44,261 nucleotides of DNA. It comes from Rhodocyclaceae bacterium (GTDB taxonomy: Bacteria > Pseudomonadota > Gammaproteobacteria > Burkholderiales > Rhodocyclaceae). Each line of letters opens with the position of its first letter. The first letter of the stretch is position 1. Location of the stretch: contig DASRUX010000353.1 of assembly GCA_035655235.1 (NCBI GenBank), positions 1 to 44,261 of the forward strand, written 5' to 3'. The position numbers were made by a program, and so were the translations under genes. This document shows positions 27,039-36,735 of this stretch, piece by piece. Under the pieces are notes generated by a model. That model was not told where the DNA came from and made no database searches. It saw only the letters and a list, made by a program, of their open reading frames with translations.

Positions 27039-28144
27039 TGCGGACGCGCTGCCCGCGCTGCCAGACCATTTTCCGCATTACGTCGGAACAACTGCGCGCC
27101 CGGGCAGGCAAGGTCCGTTGCGGCCATTGCCAGTCGGTCTTCAACGCCCTGGAGACCCTGATCGAGGAACCGGCAGCCCTTCCGCCGGCCGTCGACATTC
27201 CGGCCTCGCCGCCTGAAATTCCCAAAGAGGAGCCCGCCCCGGTCATCACGCCTATCCCGGCGCCGGAGCCTGCGCCCGAACCCGAACCGGTCCGCGAGGC
27301 CGAGCCGGAGCCCGCGTACGAACCCGCACCCGAACCGCCGGAGGCCCCCGAGCCCGAACCCGAATCGGCCCCCGTGCCGGAATTCGAGCCGATTCCTGAG
27401 CCGCCAGTTGCCCCGGAGCCCGAGTTTTCCCCGGAACCCGAGCCGCCCGCCGAAGCGATGCCCGAGGCCACAGAGGTAACGCCCGCCGCCGAACCCGAGC
27501 CCGAAGCCGCACCAGTCGCTGCCGAGGAACCGCCCCGGGAAGAAACCCCCGAGGAAACCACCCAAGCCGCCCGGGAAGCGGGCCTGGTCGCTGCCCGGGA
27601 ACTGGCCGAAACCCCCGGCTACAACCGCTGGTCCGCCGGCACCCTGGCTTCCAATCCCCTGGCTGGGCTTGAAGCCGAACATCCCCGGGCCAAATGGCCC
27701 TTCGTCCTGGCCACCCTGGTCCTGGTCCTAGCCCTGCTGGGGCAGCTTGCCTACTATTACCGCACCGAACTGACCCAGCGACTGCCGAGCCTCGCCGATG
27801 TCTATGCTGCCCTGGACATCGACATCCCCCTGCCCCGCCAGGTGGAGCTGGTCAGCATCGAAACCTCCGACCTCCAGTCCGACAACGCCCGGGGCCTCCT
27901 GGTCCTCCAGGCCACCCTGAAGAACCGGGCCAATTACGCCCAGGCCTGGCCGGCACTGGAACTGGCTCTCACCGACACCCATGATGCCGTGGTCGCCCGG
28001 CGCGTCCTGGCGGCGGCCGATTACCTGCCGCCCAAGGTCGATCCCACGGCCTTCCCCGCCAACAGCGAAACCGGCCTGCGCCTTTGGATCGAAACCAAGG
28101 ACGTGGCGGCGGCGGGCTACCGGCTTTACGTCTTCTATCCCTGA
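27038..28144 (+). CDS. MJ0042-type zinc-ribbon protein with Pro/Glu-rich linker, TM segment and DUF3426-like C-terminal domain
   Basis: CPRCQTIF...[10 protein letters not shown] zinc ribbon. About 130-aa PE-rich region. TM ([22 protein letters not shown]). C-terminal beta-rich domain. ATGA overlap with prmA. Confidence 0.8.
   Translation: MRTRCPRCQTIFRITSEQLRARAGKVRCGHCQSVFNALETLIEEPAALPPAVDIPASPPEIPKEEPAPVITPIPAPEPAPEPEPVREAEPEPAYEPAPEPPEAPEPEPESAPVPEFEPIPEPPVAPEPEFSPEPEPPAEAMPEATEVTPAAEPEPEAAPVAAEEPPREETPEETTQAAREAGLVAARELAETPGYNRWSAGTLASNPLAGLEAEHPRAKWPFVLATLVLVLALLGQLAYYYRTELTQRLPSLADVYAALDIDIPLPRQVELVSIETSDLQSDNARGLLVLQATLKNRANYAQAWPALELALTDTHDAVVARRVLAAADYLPPKVDPTAFPANSETGLRLWIETKDVAAAGYRLYVFYP
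27180..27570 (+). repeat. Degenerate short tandem repeats (ccggagccc / gaacccgag units) encoding the PEPEP low-complexity linker
   Basis: Visible reiteration of cccgaacc, ccggagcc and gagcccga units. It creates long spurious Gly/Ser-rich ORFs on the opposite strand. Confidence 0.7.
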
Positions 28145-28160
28145 TCCCATCCCACAATCC

Positions 28161-29096
28161 ATGTCCACTCTGATCTGCGGCTCCCTGGCCTTCGACAACA
28201 TCATGGTCTTTCCGGACCGCTTCAAGAACCACATCCTGCCGGAACAGATCCACATCCTGAACGTCGCCTTCCTGGTGCCCGAGATGCGCCGCGAGTTCGG
28301 CGGCTGCGCCGGCAACATCGCCTACAACCTGAAGCTCCTGGGCGGCGACCCCCTGATCATGGCCACCGTCGGCGACGATGCCCCCGCCTATTTCGAGCGT
28401 CTGGACAAGCTGGACCTGCCCCGGACTCACGTTCGCCATGTCCCCGGCAGCTTCACCGCCCAGGCCTTCATCACCACCGACCTGGACGACAACCAGATCA
28501 CCGCCTTCCACCCGGGCGCCATGAGCTTCTCCCACCTCAACAAGGTGGCCAATGCCAAGGGCGCCAAGCTGGGCATCGTCGCCCCGGACGGCCGGGAAGG
28601 CATGCTCCAGCATTCCCGGGACTTCGCCGAAGCCGGCGTCCCCTTCATCTTCGATCCGGGCCAGGGCATGCCCATGTTCAGCGGCGACGAGCTGCTGGAT
28701 TTCATGAACCTCGCCGATTACGCCTGCTTCAACGACTACGAAGCCAAGCTCCTGTGCGACCGCACCGGCCGCAGCATCGAGCAGCTGGCCGGCCTGGTGA
28801 AGGCCCTCATCGTCACCAAGGGCGGCGATGGATCGGAAATCCACGCCGACGGTCAACGTTATGACATCCCCTGTGTCGAGGCGGATGAAGTGGTCGACCC
28901 TACCGGCTGCGGCGACGCCTACCGGTCCGGCCTGCTCTACGGTATTGCCAATGGCTTCGACTGGCCCACCACCGGCCGGCTGGCGGCCGTCATGGGCGCC
29001 ATCAAGATCGCCCACCGGGGCGGCCAGAACCACCAGCCGAGCCGCGAGGAGATCGCCGAGCGCTACCGCCGGGCCTTCGGAGCAACCCCCTGGTAA
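28161..29096 (+). CDS. PfkB family carbohydrate/nucleoside kinase (adenosine kinase-like)
   Basis: GGCAGNIAYNL N-terminal motif and the C-terminal DPTGCGDAYRSGLLYG ribokinase-family signature. Confidence 0.85.
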   Translation: MSTLICGSLAFDNIMVFPDRFKNHILPEQIHILNVAFLVPEMRREFGGCAGNIAYNLKLLGGDPLIMATVGDDAPAYFERLDKLDLPRTHVRHVPGSFTAQAFITTDLDDNQITAFHPGAMSFSHLNKVANAKGAKLGIVAPDGREGMLQHSRDFAEAGVPFIFDPGQGMPMFSGDELLDFMNLADYACFNDYEAKLLCDRTGRSIEQLAGLVKALIVTKGGDGSEIHADGQRYDIPCVEADEVVDPTGCGDAYRSGLLYGIANGFDWPTTGRLAAVMGAIKIAHRGGQNHQPSREEIAERYRRAFGATPW

Positions 29097-29106
29097 GGAG
29101 AAATCG

Positions 29107-29565
29107 ATGTTTGCGACCCGCCCCCTCCTCATTGCCGTATCCGCCCTGGCGGTCCTCGCCGGTTGCGCCACCAGCAAGTCAGGCGATGTCTATACCCGGG
29201 ATCAGGCGCGCCACGAGCTGAACGTGCGCACCGGCGTGGTGGACTCGGTCCGCCCGGTCACCCTGGAAGGGACCAAGACCGGGGCCGGCAGCCTGGCCGG
29301 AGGCGCCGTGGGCGGCGTCGCCGGCAGCAGCATCGGCGGAGGCAAGGGCCAGATCATCGGTGCCGTCCTGGGCGCCGTGGCAGGCGCGGTGGCGGGCAAT
29401 GCCATCGAGGAAAATGCCACCCGCAAGCAGGCCATGGAAATCACCGTCCGCCTGGACGGCGGCCAGACCATCGCCGTGGTCCAGGAAGGCGATCCCGCCG
29501 AATTCCGCGGCGGCGACCGGGTGCGGGTGCTGTCCGGCCGGGGCGAAACCCGGGTCACCCGCTGA
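29107..29565 (+). CDS. SlyB/Pcp-like outer-membrane lipoprotein (glycine zipper 2TM)
   Basis: Lipobox LAGC. Glycine zipper GSLAGGAVGGVAGSSIGGGKGQIIGAVLGAVAGAVAG. Confidence 0.8.
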   Translation: MFATRPLLIAVSALAVLAGCATSKSGDVYTRDQARHELNVRTGVVDSVRPVTLEGTKTGAGSLAGGAVGGVAGSSIGGGKGQIIGAVLGAVAGAVAGNAIEENATRKQAMEITVRLDGGQTIAVVQEGDPAEFRGGDRVRVLSGRGETRVTR

Positions 29566-29648
29566 CATCAACCCGTCAACTGGCCGCAACAAGGATGTAA
29601 CGAGGGCTGCGTAAATTCGTTCCCACACAACGACAAGGGAACGAAATC

Positions 29649-30410
29649 ATGAAACAGCTCCATCGCCAGCTGGAAACCCGCGCCCGGGCGGCGCGGCCCA
29701 ACCTCTCCGTGGGCCTGGCCCGCAACCCCGACGAAATCATCGAAGCCCAGCGTCTGCGCTACCGGGTCTTCGCCGGCGAACTGAGCGCCAAGCTCCCCAC
29801 CCGCACCCCGGGCATCGACCACGACATCTACGACCCCTGGTGCGACCACCTGGTGGTCCGCAACGACGACACCGGCGAGGTGATCGGCACCTACCGCATC
29901 CTGTCGCCGGCCAATGCCCGGCGCATCGGCTACTACTCCGAAAACGAATTCGACCTCACCCGGCTCCAGCACCTGCGCCCCCGCCTGGTGGAAATCGGCC
30001 GCTCCTGCGTCCATCCCGACTTCCGCACCGGCGCCACCATCGCCCTGCTCTGGTCCGGCCTCGCCAAGTACATGAAGGACAACGGCTACGACTACCTGAT
30101 GGGCTGCGCCTCGGTCAGCATGGCCGACGGCGGGCACATGGCGGCCAGCCTGTATAATCGCCTCGGCGACCACATGGGTCCGCTGGAATACCGGGTCTTC
30201 CCCCGCCTTCCCCTGCCCCTGGCAGCCTTGCAGAACGATGCTCCGGCCGAGATGCCGCCCCTCATCAAGGGTTACCTGCGGGCCGGCGCCTGGGTGTGCG
30301 GGGAACCGGCCTGGGACCCCGATTTCAACACTGCCGACCTGCCCATCCTGCTGTCCATGGCGCAGGTGGAAGGACGTTACGCCAAGCACTTCCTGGGACA
30401 ACAAGACTGA
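29649..30410 (+). CDS. olsB: GNAT-type N-acyltransferase, OlsB-like (lyso-ornithine lipid synthase; often annotated as hemolysin-like)
   Basis: EAQRLRYRVFAGEL ... DHDIYDPWCDHLVVRNDDTGEVIGTYRIL pattern, and adjacency to a PlsC-type acyltransferase. Confidence 0.72.
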   Translation: MKQLHRQLETRARAARPNLSVGLARNPDEIIEAQRLRYRVFAGELSAKLPTRTPGIDHDIYDPWCDHLVVRNDDTGEVIGTYRILSPANARRIGYYSENEFDLTRLQHLRPRLVEIGRSCVHPDFRTGATIALLWSGLAKYMKDNGYDYLMGCASVSMADGGHMAASLYNRLGDHMGPLEYRVFPRLPLPLAALQNDAPAEMPPLIKGYLRAGAWVCGEPAWDPDFNTADLPILLSMAQVEGRYAKHFLGQQD

Positions 30411-31321
30411 ACGCCACCCCCCGCCTCCTCCGCTGGTTCCGTCTCATCCGGGTGGTGGCGCTCCTTCTCCGGGGCGTCGCTACGGCGGCCCTGGTCTTTC
30501 CCTTCTGCGCCGACGGCCGCCGCCTGCGCCTCAAGCAACGGTGGTCGAAGGGCATGCTGGACATCCTGGGCATCCGCCTGGACGCGGACCTGGCCCATCT
30601 GGTTCCCGGCAGCATGCTGGTGGCCAACCACATTTCCTGGCTGGACATTTTCGTCATCAACGTTGCCCGTCCCTGCGCCTTCGTCTCCAAGGAAGAGGTG
30701 CGCCATTGGCCGGTGATCGGCTGGCTGGCCGCGATCAACGACACGGTCTTCCTGAAGCGGGGCAGCCGCGGGCACGCCAAGCTGATCAACCGGGAGATTG
30801 CGGAAATCCTGGGCACCGGCAAGCATGTGGCCGTGTTCCCGGAAGGCACCACCACCGACGGCACCCACCTCCTGCATTTCCACGCCGCCCTGCTGCAGCC
30901 GGCCCTGGCGGCCGGAAGGCCGGTGGTGCCCGCCGCCATTTCCTACTGGGAACCGGACGGCAGCCGCAGCCTGGCGCCCCGCTACGACGGGGACCTTTCC
31001 CTGGGGGATTGCCTACGGGCGATCATTTCCCGCCGCCGCCTGACCGCCCGTCTGGTCGCCACGCCGGCCCTGGGGCTGAATGGGGAAGACCGCCGCACGG
31101 TCGCGGCTGCCGCCCACGCCGCCATCACGGCCGCGGCGCAGCTTGCGCCGGTGGCTCGGGAGCCCCTTGCCGTCAGTCCCGCCGAGCCGAGCGGTTCGGA
31201 CTTACCAGATGCAGCTCGATCCATCCGGATTCCCGATCGGCGGACGGACGAGACTCCGCCCCAAAGGGCGACATCAGGATGCGACGCGGCGCAACCCGCA
31301 GTTCCACCAGGCGCGCCTTGA
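30407..31321 (+). CDS. olsA: Lysophospholipid (PlsC family) acyltransferase, OlsA-like; start codon uncertain
   Basis: HxxxxD box NHISWLD and FPEGTTTDG. No ATG lies near the expected N-terminus; candidates are CTG 30407 (CTGA overlap with the olsB stop), GTG 30452 and GTG 30296. The C-terminal ~60 aa are low-complexity and overlap the convergent gene. Confidence 0.68.
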   Translation: MNATPRLLRWFRLIRVVALLLRGVATAALVFPFCADGRRLRLKQRWSKGMLDILGIRLDADLAHLVPGSMLVANHISWLDIFVINVARPCAFVSKEEVRHWPVIGWLAAINDTVFLKRGSRGHAKLINREIAEILGTGKHVAVFPEGTTTDGTHLLHFHAALLQPALAAGRPVVPAAISYWEPDGSRSLAPRYDGDLSLGDCLRAIISRRRLTARLVATPALGLNGEDRRTVAAAAHAAITAAAQLAPVAREPLAVSPAEPSGSDLPDAARSIRIPDRRTDETPPQRATSGCDAAQPAVPPGAP

Positions 31322-31712
31322 CGCGCTGCATGGCCTTTTCCGCCACCCCCAGATTCACCGCCGAACTGCCGCCCACCGGTGGATGGCCTTCCAGACGTAC
31401 GGCCAGGCGCTCATCCTCCCGCATCTTTCTGACGATGCCGGCGAGGCGTGCCTCGGCATCCCTGGGAAGGGCGGTGCCACCCGACGGCAAGACGATGACG
31501 GCAGCCGGAATCCGCACCGCCTCGTTCCCCGGCCCCAATCGCTCGGCCATCCGCCAGGACTCCAGCGCCGGGTGGCTGCGATCTCCTCCCGGCTCCGAAG
31601 CCATTTCCCCGGAAATGCCGGACGGATCGGCTTCTCCCGCTCCCAGATAGGGCAAGGAACAACCCGAAAGGGCTGCCGCAGCGAACAACAGGGGCAGGGC
31701 AATCAGCTTCAT
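31173..31712 (-). CDS. Lipoprotein with degenerate OmpA_C-like domain
   Basis: MKLIALPLLFAAAALSGC lipobox. LPSGGTALPRDAEARLAGIV...RLEGHPPVGGSSAVNLGVAEKAMQRVKARLVELRV resembles the OmpA C-terminal peptidoglycan-binding fold with its key residues altered. Confidence 0.55.
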   Translation of the reverse strand: MKLIALPLLFAAAALSGCSLPYLGAGEADPSGISGEMASEPGGDRSHPALESWRMAERLGPGNEAVRIPAAVIVLPSGGTALPRDAEARLAGIVRKMREDERLAVRLEGHPPVGGSSAVNLGVAEKAMQRVKARLVELRVAPRRILMSPFGAESRPSADRESGWIELHLVSPNRSARRD

Positions 31713-31744
31713 GGAACCCGCATGCCGTTGGAAAATCCGCAATC

Positions 31745-31945
31745 TTACCCGTTGGCGGCGGCCACGCCGGGAAAATGGTCGAGCCTCTCGACGCTGCCAT
31801 CGGGTCGGATCACGGTGACGACCACCGACTGCACCTGCCCTCTCATCGCTTCATCCGCCAGGCGGTGCAGCGCCTCAGCCAAGGCCTTTTCCTGACAGGT
31901 GGGATGCTTTTGCTTGCGGGAGGCCAGATTCAGTTTTCTTTGCAT
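31745..31945 (-). CDS. Small hypothetical protein (66 aa)
   Basis: ORF 33 nt upstream of the lipoprotein gene with fair GC3. Weak RBS and no family recognised. Confidence 0.3.
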   Translation of the reverse strand: MQRKLNLASRKQKHPTCQEKALAEALHRLADEAMRGQVQSVVVTVIRPDGSVERLDHFPGVAAANG

Positions 31946-32184
31946 AATGCACTACCGACTTTTGGTTCTATGTGGCCGGTATTACGCCCCGTCATAGGTG
32001 GCTGCTATCCCAACGAATGTGATGCAAACCCGGCTTGCTATTCCTGCAATACCCTATCAGTTTCAGTAGTGAAATGGCATTTCAGTTATTCACTCCGGCG
32101 CACAAAGGCTCGGAGGCAGCACGCGCCGAGTGCCCCAAAACCAATACGGCGTTTCCTCAACCGCCGGAGTGCAAAGACACAGCG

Positions 32185-33018
32185 TTACTGAATATCCAGG
32201 GGAACGGCTTCCCCCGCCGCGCAATCCACCTGGAACACCTGGCGGTCCTCCAGGCGCACCGCCGTCAGGTGCCCGCCCCACAGGCAGCCCGAATCGAGGG
32301 CGAGCAGGTTCGGGGTCAGCTTCAGCCCCAGGGCCGACCAGTGGCCGGTCACCAGGATGGAATCGGCGCTTTTCCGGCCCGGGACCTCGAACCAGGGCAC
32401 ATGGCCGGGGGGCGCCTTGCTCACTTCACCCTTGGTATGGAAATCCATGACGCCTTCCTCGGTGCAGAAACGCATGCGGGTCATGGCATTGACGATGACG
32501 CGCAGCCGCGGCCAGCCGGACAGGTCGTCGGACCAGGAGGCAGGCTGGCTACCCCACATGTGGGCCATGAACTCGACGTAGTCCGGGCCTTGCAGGGCAG
32601 TTTCCACTTCCCGCGCCAGTTCCCTGGCCTGGGCCGCGGTCCATTGGGGAAGCAGGCCGGCATGGACGAGGCAATAGTCGCCTTCGGTATGGCAAAGGGG
32701 CTGGTGGCGCAGCCAGTCCAGCAACTCGTGCCGGTCCGGGGCGTCCAGGATGCCCTGGATGGTGTCGTCCTTGCCCCGGAACTTGGCGCCCCCCTGGGAA
32801 ACCATGAGGAGGTAGAGGTCGTGGTTGCCCAGCACGGTCAGAGCGGCGCTGCCCAGGCCCTTGACGAAGCGCAGGGTCTCCAGGGACCGGGGCCCCCGGT
32901 TGACCAGGTCGCCCACCAGCCAGAGCCGGTCGGCGGAGGGGTCGAAGCCGCACTTGTCCAGGAGCGCCCGGAACGAGTCGAAGCACCCCTGGATGTCGCC
33001 GATGGCGTAGGTCGCCAT
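32185..33018 (-). CDS. apaH: Bis(5'-nucleosyl)-tetraphosphatase, symmetrical
   Basis: [24 protein letters not shown] and VLGNHD metallophosphatase motifs. Its start shares one nucleotide with the glmS stop (TAATG). Confidence 0.93.
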   Translation of the reverse strand: MATYAIGDIQGCFDSFRALLDKCGFDPSADRLWLVGDLVNRGPRSLETLRFVKGLGSAALTVLGNHDLYLLMVSQGGAKFRGKDDTIQGILDAPDRHELLDWLRHQPLCHTEGDYCLVHAGLLPQWTAAQARELAREVETALQGPDYVEFMAHMWGSQPASWSDDLSGWPRLRVIVNAMTRMRFCTEEGVMDFHTKGEVSKAPPGHVPWFEVPGRKSADSILVTGHWSALGLKLTPNLLALDSGCLWGGHLTAVRLEDRQVFQVDCAAGEAVPLDIQ

Positions 33019-34841
33019 TACTCCACCGTCACGCTCTTGGCCAGGTTGCGCGGCTTATCCACGTCCGTACCTTTCACCAGGGCGGCGTGGTAGGAGAGCA
33101 GTTGCAGGGGGATGACGTGCAGGATGGGGGAAAGCTGGCCGTAGTGCTCGGGCAGGCGCAGGACGTGGATGCCCTCGCCGTCGGTCATGTGGCTGTCTTC
33201 GTCGGCGAACACATACAGCTCGCCGCCCCGGGCCCGGACTTCCTGGAGGTTGGACTTGAGCTTTTCCAGGAGGTCGTCGGCGGGCGCCACGGCGATGACG
33301 GGCATGTCCTTGTCCACCAGGGCCAGGGGGCCGTGCTTCAGCTCCCCGGCGGGATAGGCTTCGGCGTGGATGTAGGAGATTTCCTTGAGCTTCAAGGCGC
33401 CTTCCAGGGCGATGGGATAGTGGCGGCCGCGGCCCAGAAAAAGGGCGTGGTGCTTCTGGGAGAAGCCCTCCGCCCACTTCTTGATTTCCGGCTCCAGGGC
33501 CAGGACCTTGCCGATGGACACCGGCAGGTGACGCATGGCGGCCAGGTGGGTCGCTTCTGCCTCTAGGCTCAGGCGGCCGCGCAGCTTGGCGATCACCAGG
33601 GTGAGCAGGAACAGGGCCGCCAACTGGGTGGTGAAGGCCTTGGTAGAGGCGACGCCGATTTCCGGGCCGGCCCGGGTGATGAAGCGCAGGGCCGATTCCC
33701 GGACGATGGCCGATTCCGGCACATTGCAGATGGCCAGGGTCTTGGTCTGGCCCAGGGACTTGGCATGGCGCAAGGCGGCCAGGGTGTCGGCGGTTTCGCC
33801 GGACTGGGAGATGGCCACCACCAGCTGATCAGGGTTGGGCACGGATTCCCGGTAGCGGTACTCGCTGGCGATTTCCACGGTGGTCGGGATGCCGGCGATG
33901 CCCTCCAGCCAGTAGCGGGCCGTCATGCCGGCGTGGCCGCTGGTGCCGCAGGCCAGGATCAGCACCGACTTCACCCCCTCCAGCAGGCAGGCCGCCTCGC
34001 CGCCGAAGACGCCGGGCTGGATGCTCTTGGCGGAGCCGACCAGTTCCAGGGTGTTGGCGATGGCGTCGGGCTGCTCGAAGATTTCCTTCTGCATGTAGTG
34101 CCGGTAGGTGCCCAGTTCGACGGCATCGGCGGAGAGCTGGGAGATGGTCACCGTCCGCTCCACCGCGCTACCGTCCTGGCGCAGGACGCGGTAAGCGGTC
34201 GGGGTGAGTTCGGCGATGTCGCCGTTCTCCAGGTAGACCATGTTGCGGGTGACCTGCAGCAGGGCGGAGGCGTCGGAGGCGGCATAGTGGCCGTCGGCGC
34301 CGACCCCGAGGAGCAGGGGCGACCCTTCCCGGGCCACGATGACGCGGTCCGGCTCGCACTCCCGCACCACGGCGATGGCGTAGGCGCCCTGGAGGCGCTG
34401 GATGGACAGGCGAACGGCCTCCAGGAAGTCCGGGACGGTCTTCAGGGTGTGTTCGATGAGGTGGGCGATGGTTTCGGTATCGGTGTCCGAGGTGAAGACG
34501 TAGCCCAGCCCGGTGAGCTCGGCCTTGAGGGCCTCGAAGTTCTCGATGATGCCGTTATGCACCACCGCCAGCCCGCCGGAGATATGGGGGTGGGCGTTGC
34601 GCTCGCAGGGCACGCCGTGGGTAGCCCAACGGGTATGGGCGATGCCGATCTGGGCATCGAGCCCTTCCGACTGGAGGGCCAGTTCGGCCACCCGGCCCAC
34701 CGAGCGCAGGCGCTCCAGCCCGCTGCCCCGGATGACGGCCAGGCCGGCGGAGTCGTAGCCCCGGTATTCCAGTTTGCGCAGGCCCTCGATGAGGACCGGG
34801 ACGATATTCTGCCGACCGATGCCGGCGACGATGCCACACAT
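33018..34841 (-). CDS. glmS: Glutamine--fructose-6-phosphate aminotransferase (isomerising)
   Basis: [10 protein letters not shown]-terminal nucleophile. Two SIS domains. C-terminal [12 protein letters not shown]. Confidence 0.97.
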   Translation of the reverse strand: MCGIVAGIGRQNIVPVLIEGLRKLEYRGYDSAGLAVIRGSGLERLRSVGRVAELALQSEGLDAQIGIAHTRWATHGVPCERNAHPHISGGLAVVHNGIIENFEALKAELTGLGYVFTSDTDTETIAHLIEHTLKTVPDFLEAVRLSIQRLQGAYAIAVVRECEPDRVIVAREGSPLLLGVGADGHYAASDASALLQVTRNMVYLENGDIAELTPTAYRVLRQDGSAVERTVTISQLSADAVELGTYRHYMQKEIFEQPDAIANTLELVGSAKSIQPGVFGGEAACLLEGVKSVLILACGTSGHAGMTARYWLEGIAGIPTTVEIASEYRYRESVPNPDQLVVAISQSGETADTLAALRHAKSLGQTKTLAICNVPESAIVRESALRFITRAGPEIGVASTKAFTTQLAALFLLTLVIAKLRGRLSLEAEATHLAAMRHLPVSIGKVLALEPEIKKWAEGFSQKHHALFLGRGRHYPIALEGALKLKEISYIHAEAYPAGELKHGPLALVDKDMPVIAVAPADDLLEKLKSNLQEVRARGGELYVFADEDSHMTDGEGIHVLRLPEHYGQLSPILHVIPLQLLSYHAALVKGTDVDKPRNLAKSVTVE

Positions 34842-34859
34842 ATCCGAACCTTTCTTCTT

Positions 34860-35867
34860 TTAAACCTTGTAGTAGTCGCGGTACCAGGCGACAAAGCGCC
34901 GGACGCCTTCTTCGACGGAGGTGGCCGGGGCGAAGCCGACCCAGTCGGCCAGGGCCTGAGTGTCGGCGTAGGTGGCCGGCACGTCGCCATCCTGCATGGG
35001 TAGCAGGCGCTTTTCCGCCGTCATGCCCAATGCCGATTCGATAGCTCCGATGAAATCGAGCAGCGGCACCGGGTTATGGTTCCCGATGTTGAAGACCCGG
35101 TAGGGCACGTTGCTGGTAGCCGGATCGGCCTCCTCGGACCGGTAGTTGGGATTGGCCTCGGCGGTGCGGTCCATGGTGCGGATCACGCCTTCGACAATGT
35201 CGTCGATATAGGTGAAGTCCCGCTGCATGTTGCCGTGGTTGAAAACGTCGATGGGGCGCCCTTCCAGGATGGCCTTGGTGAACAGGAACAGCGCCATGTC
35301 CGGCCGGCCCCAGGGGCCATAGACGGTGAAGAAACGCAGGCCGGTGGTGGGCAGGCCGTAAAGATGGCTGTAGGTATGGGCCATCAGCTCGTTGGCCTTC
35401 TTGGTGGCGGCGTAGAGGCTCACCGGATGGTCCACGCTGTCGTGTTCCGAGAAGGGCATCTTGGTGTTGCCGCCATAGACGCTGGAGCTGGAGGCATAGA
35501 CCAGGTGCTGGACCTTATTATGGCGGCAGCCCTCCAGGATATTCACGAAGCCCACCAGGTTGCTGTCCACGTAGGAATGGGGATTCTTGATGGAATAGCG
35601 CACCCCGGCCTGGGCGGCCAGGTGGATCACCCGGTCGAACTTCTCGGCGGCGAAGAGGGCTTCGATCCCCGGCCGGTCGGCCACGTCCATTTTCACGAAG
35701 CGGAAATTGGGATGCCCGGTGAGGCGCTTGAGGCGGTCTTCCTTGAGGCTGACCTCGTAGTAGTCGTTGAGATTGTCCAGCCCGACCACTTCGTCGCCCC
35801 GGGCCAAGAGCCGCAGGGTGGTGGTCATGCCGATAAACCCGGCGGCGCCGGTGACGAGGATTTTCAT
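34860..35867 (-). CDS. NAD-dependent sugar-nucleotide epimerase (UDP-glucuronate 4-epimerase-like SDR)
   Basis: [13 protein letters not shown] Rossmann motif, YAATKKANE catalytic YxxxK, 335 aa. The specific substrate is inferred. Confidence 0.85.
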   Translation of the reverse strand: MKILVTGAAGFIGMTTTLRLLARGDEVVGLDNLNDYYEVSLKEDRLKRLTGHPNFRFVKMDVADRPGIEALFAAEKFDRVIHLAAQAGVRYSIKNPHSYVDSNLVGFVNILEGCRHNKVQHLVYASSSSVYGGNTKMPFSEHDSVDHPVSLYAATKKANELMAHTYSHLYGLPTTGLRFFTVYGPWGRPDMALFLFTKAILEGRPIDVFNHGNMQRDFTYIDDIVEGVIRTMDRTAEANPNYRSEEADPATSNVPYRVFNIGNHNPVPLLDFIGAIESALGMTAEKRLLPMQDGDVPATYADTQALADWVGFAPATSVEEGVRRFVAWYRDYYKV

Positions 35868-35900
35868 TGCAAGGGTCCTACCCGAAAAACACGTTGATTC

Positions 35901-36695
35901 TTACCGCGAACCGGCCTGAGCCGCCCGCGCCTCCAGCATCTTGGCGTATTTCATGAAGCTGTTGAAACATCCGATGCCGATATGCACCAGTCCCGGCAAA
36001 CCATCCCGGAAGCCCTGGCGCAGGAAATAGAACTTGATGAAGCGAATCATTGGACTGAAAAACAGCTTGCCATATCCCGTCCGCTTGCCGGCGGCGACAG
36101 CCGCCTCGGCGGCCAGCGACGTGTAGCGGTTCTGCTTGCCCAGATAGACCGCCAGGGTTTCGGCGGAATCATGCAGCAAATCCCCCACCAGATCCCCCAC
36201 CGGGCCGTCGGCCACCACCTTCTCGTGGACCGGATCGTCGGACCAGCGGGCATGGCGGCGGTCGAAGAGGCGCAGGCTCAAGTCCGGATAGCCCTCGCCG
36301 TGGCGCAGGTAGCGGCCCAGGAAGCGGTTGCAGCGGGGGAAACGATAGGCGGCATGACGGGGCTCGGCCAGGGCCGCCTGGATGGACGACCGCAATACCG
36401 GCGACACCCGCTCGTCGGCGTCCAGGCACAGCACCCAGTCGTGGGCCGCCTGCTCCACCGCGAACTGCTTCTGGGGGCCGAAGCCCAGCCAGTCCTGCTG
36501 CACCACCCGGGCACCATGGGCCTCGGCCAGGGCCACGGTGCCGTCCGTGCTGCCCGAATCCACCACCACGATCTCGTCGGCAAAAGCCGCGCTTTCCAGG
36601 CATTCGGCCAGTTGGGAAGCGGCATTGAGGGTGATGATGGCGACGGAAAGCGGCCGGGAACTGGCTTCTGGATGCGGCTGGCTTGCGGCGGGCAT
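35901..36695 (-). CDS. Family 2 glycosyltransferase (LPS core type)
   Basis: LSVAIITLNAA..., VVDSGSTDGT and LCLDADERV (DxD) motifs. Divergent from waaC. Confidence 0.85.
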   Translation of the reverse strand: MPAASQPHPEASSRPLSVAIITLNAASQLAECLESAAFADEIVVVDSGSTDGTVALAEAHGARVVQQDWLGFGPQKQFAVEQAAHDWVLCLDADERVSPVLRSSIQAALAEPRHAAYRFPRCNRFLGRYLRHGEGYPDLSLRLFDRRHARWSDDPVHEKVVADGPVGDLVGDLLHDSAETLAVYLGKQNRYTSLAAEAAVAAGKRTGYGKLFFSPMIRFIKFYFLRQGFRDGLPGLVHIGIGCFNSFMKYAKMLEARAAQAGSR

Positions 36696-36735
36696 TTATA
36701 ATTCCGGTTTGTCGACCCCGCCATTTTATCCGCCC

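Noticed and set aside
27180-27570. Short reiterated units examined as a possible CRISPR array or intergenic tandem repeat.
   Set aside because: The units are 6-9 nt, degenerate and in-frame inside a CDS. There are no spacer-sized unique segments and no cas genes.
26941-27682. Gly/Ser-rich 206-aa and 243-aa minus-strand ORFs that look like repetitive secreted proteins.
   Set aside because: They are the reverse complement of the Pro/Glu repeat linker of the DUF3426 zinc-ribbon gene. The plus-strand frame is continuous with the recognisable N- and C-terminal domains.
34842-34859. Checked for a glmS ribozyme or long leader upstream of glmS.
   Set aside because: Only 18 nt separate glmS from the preceding epimerase gene, so there is no room for a structured leader. 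No glmS-ribozyme core is visible.
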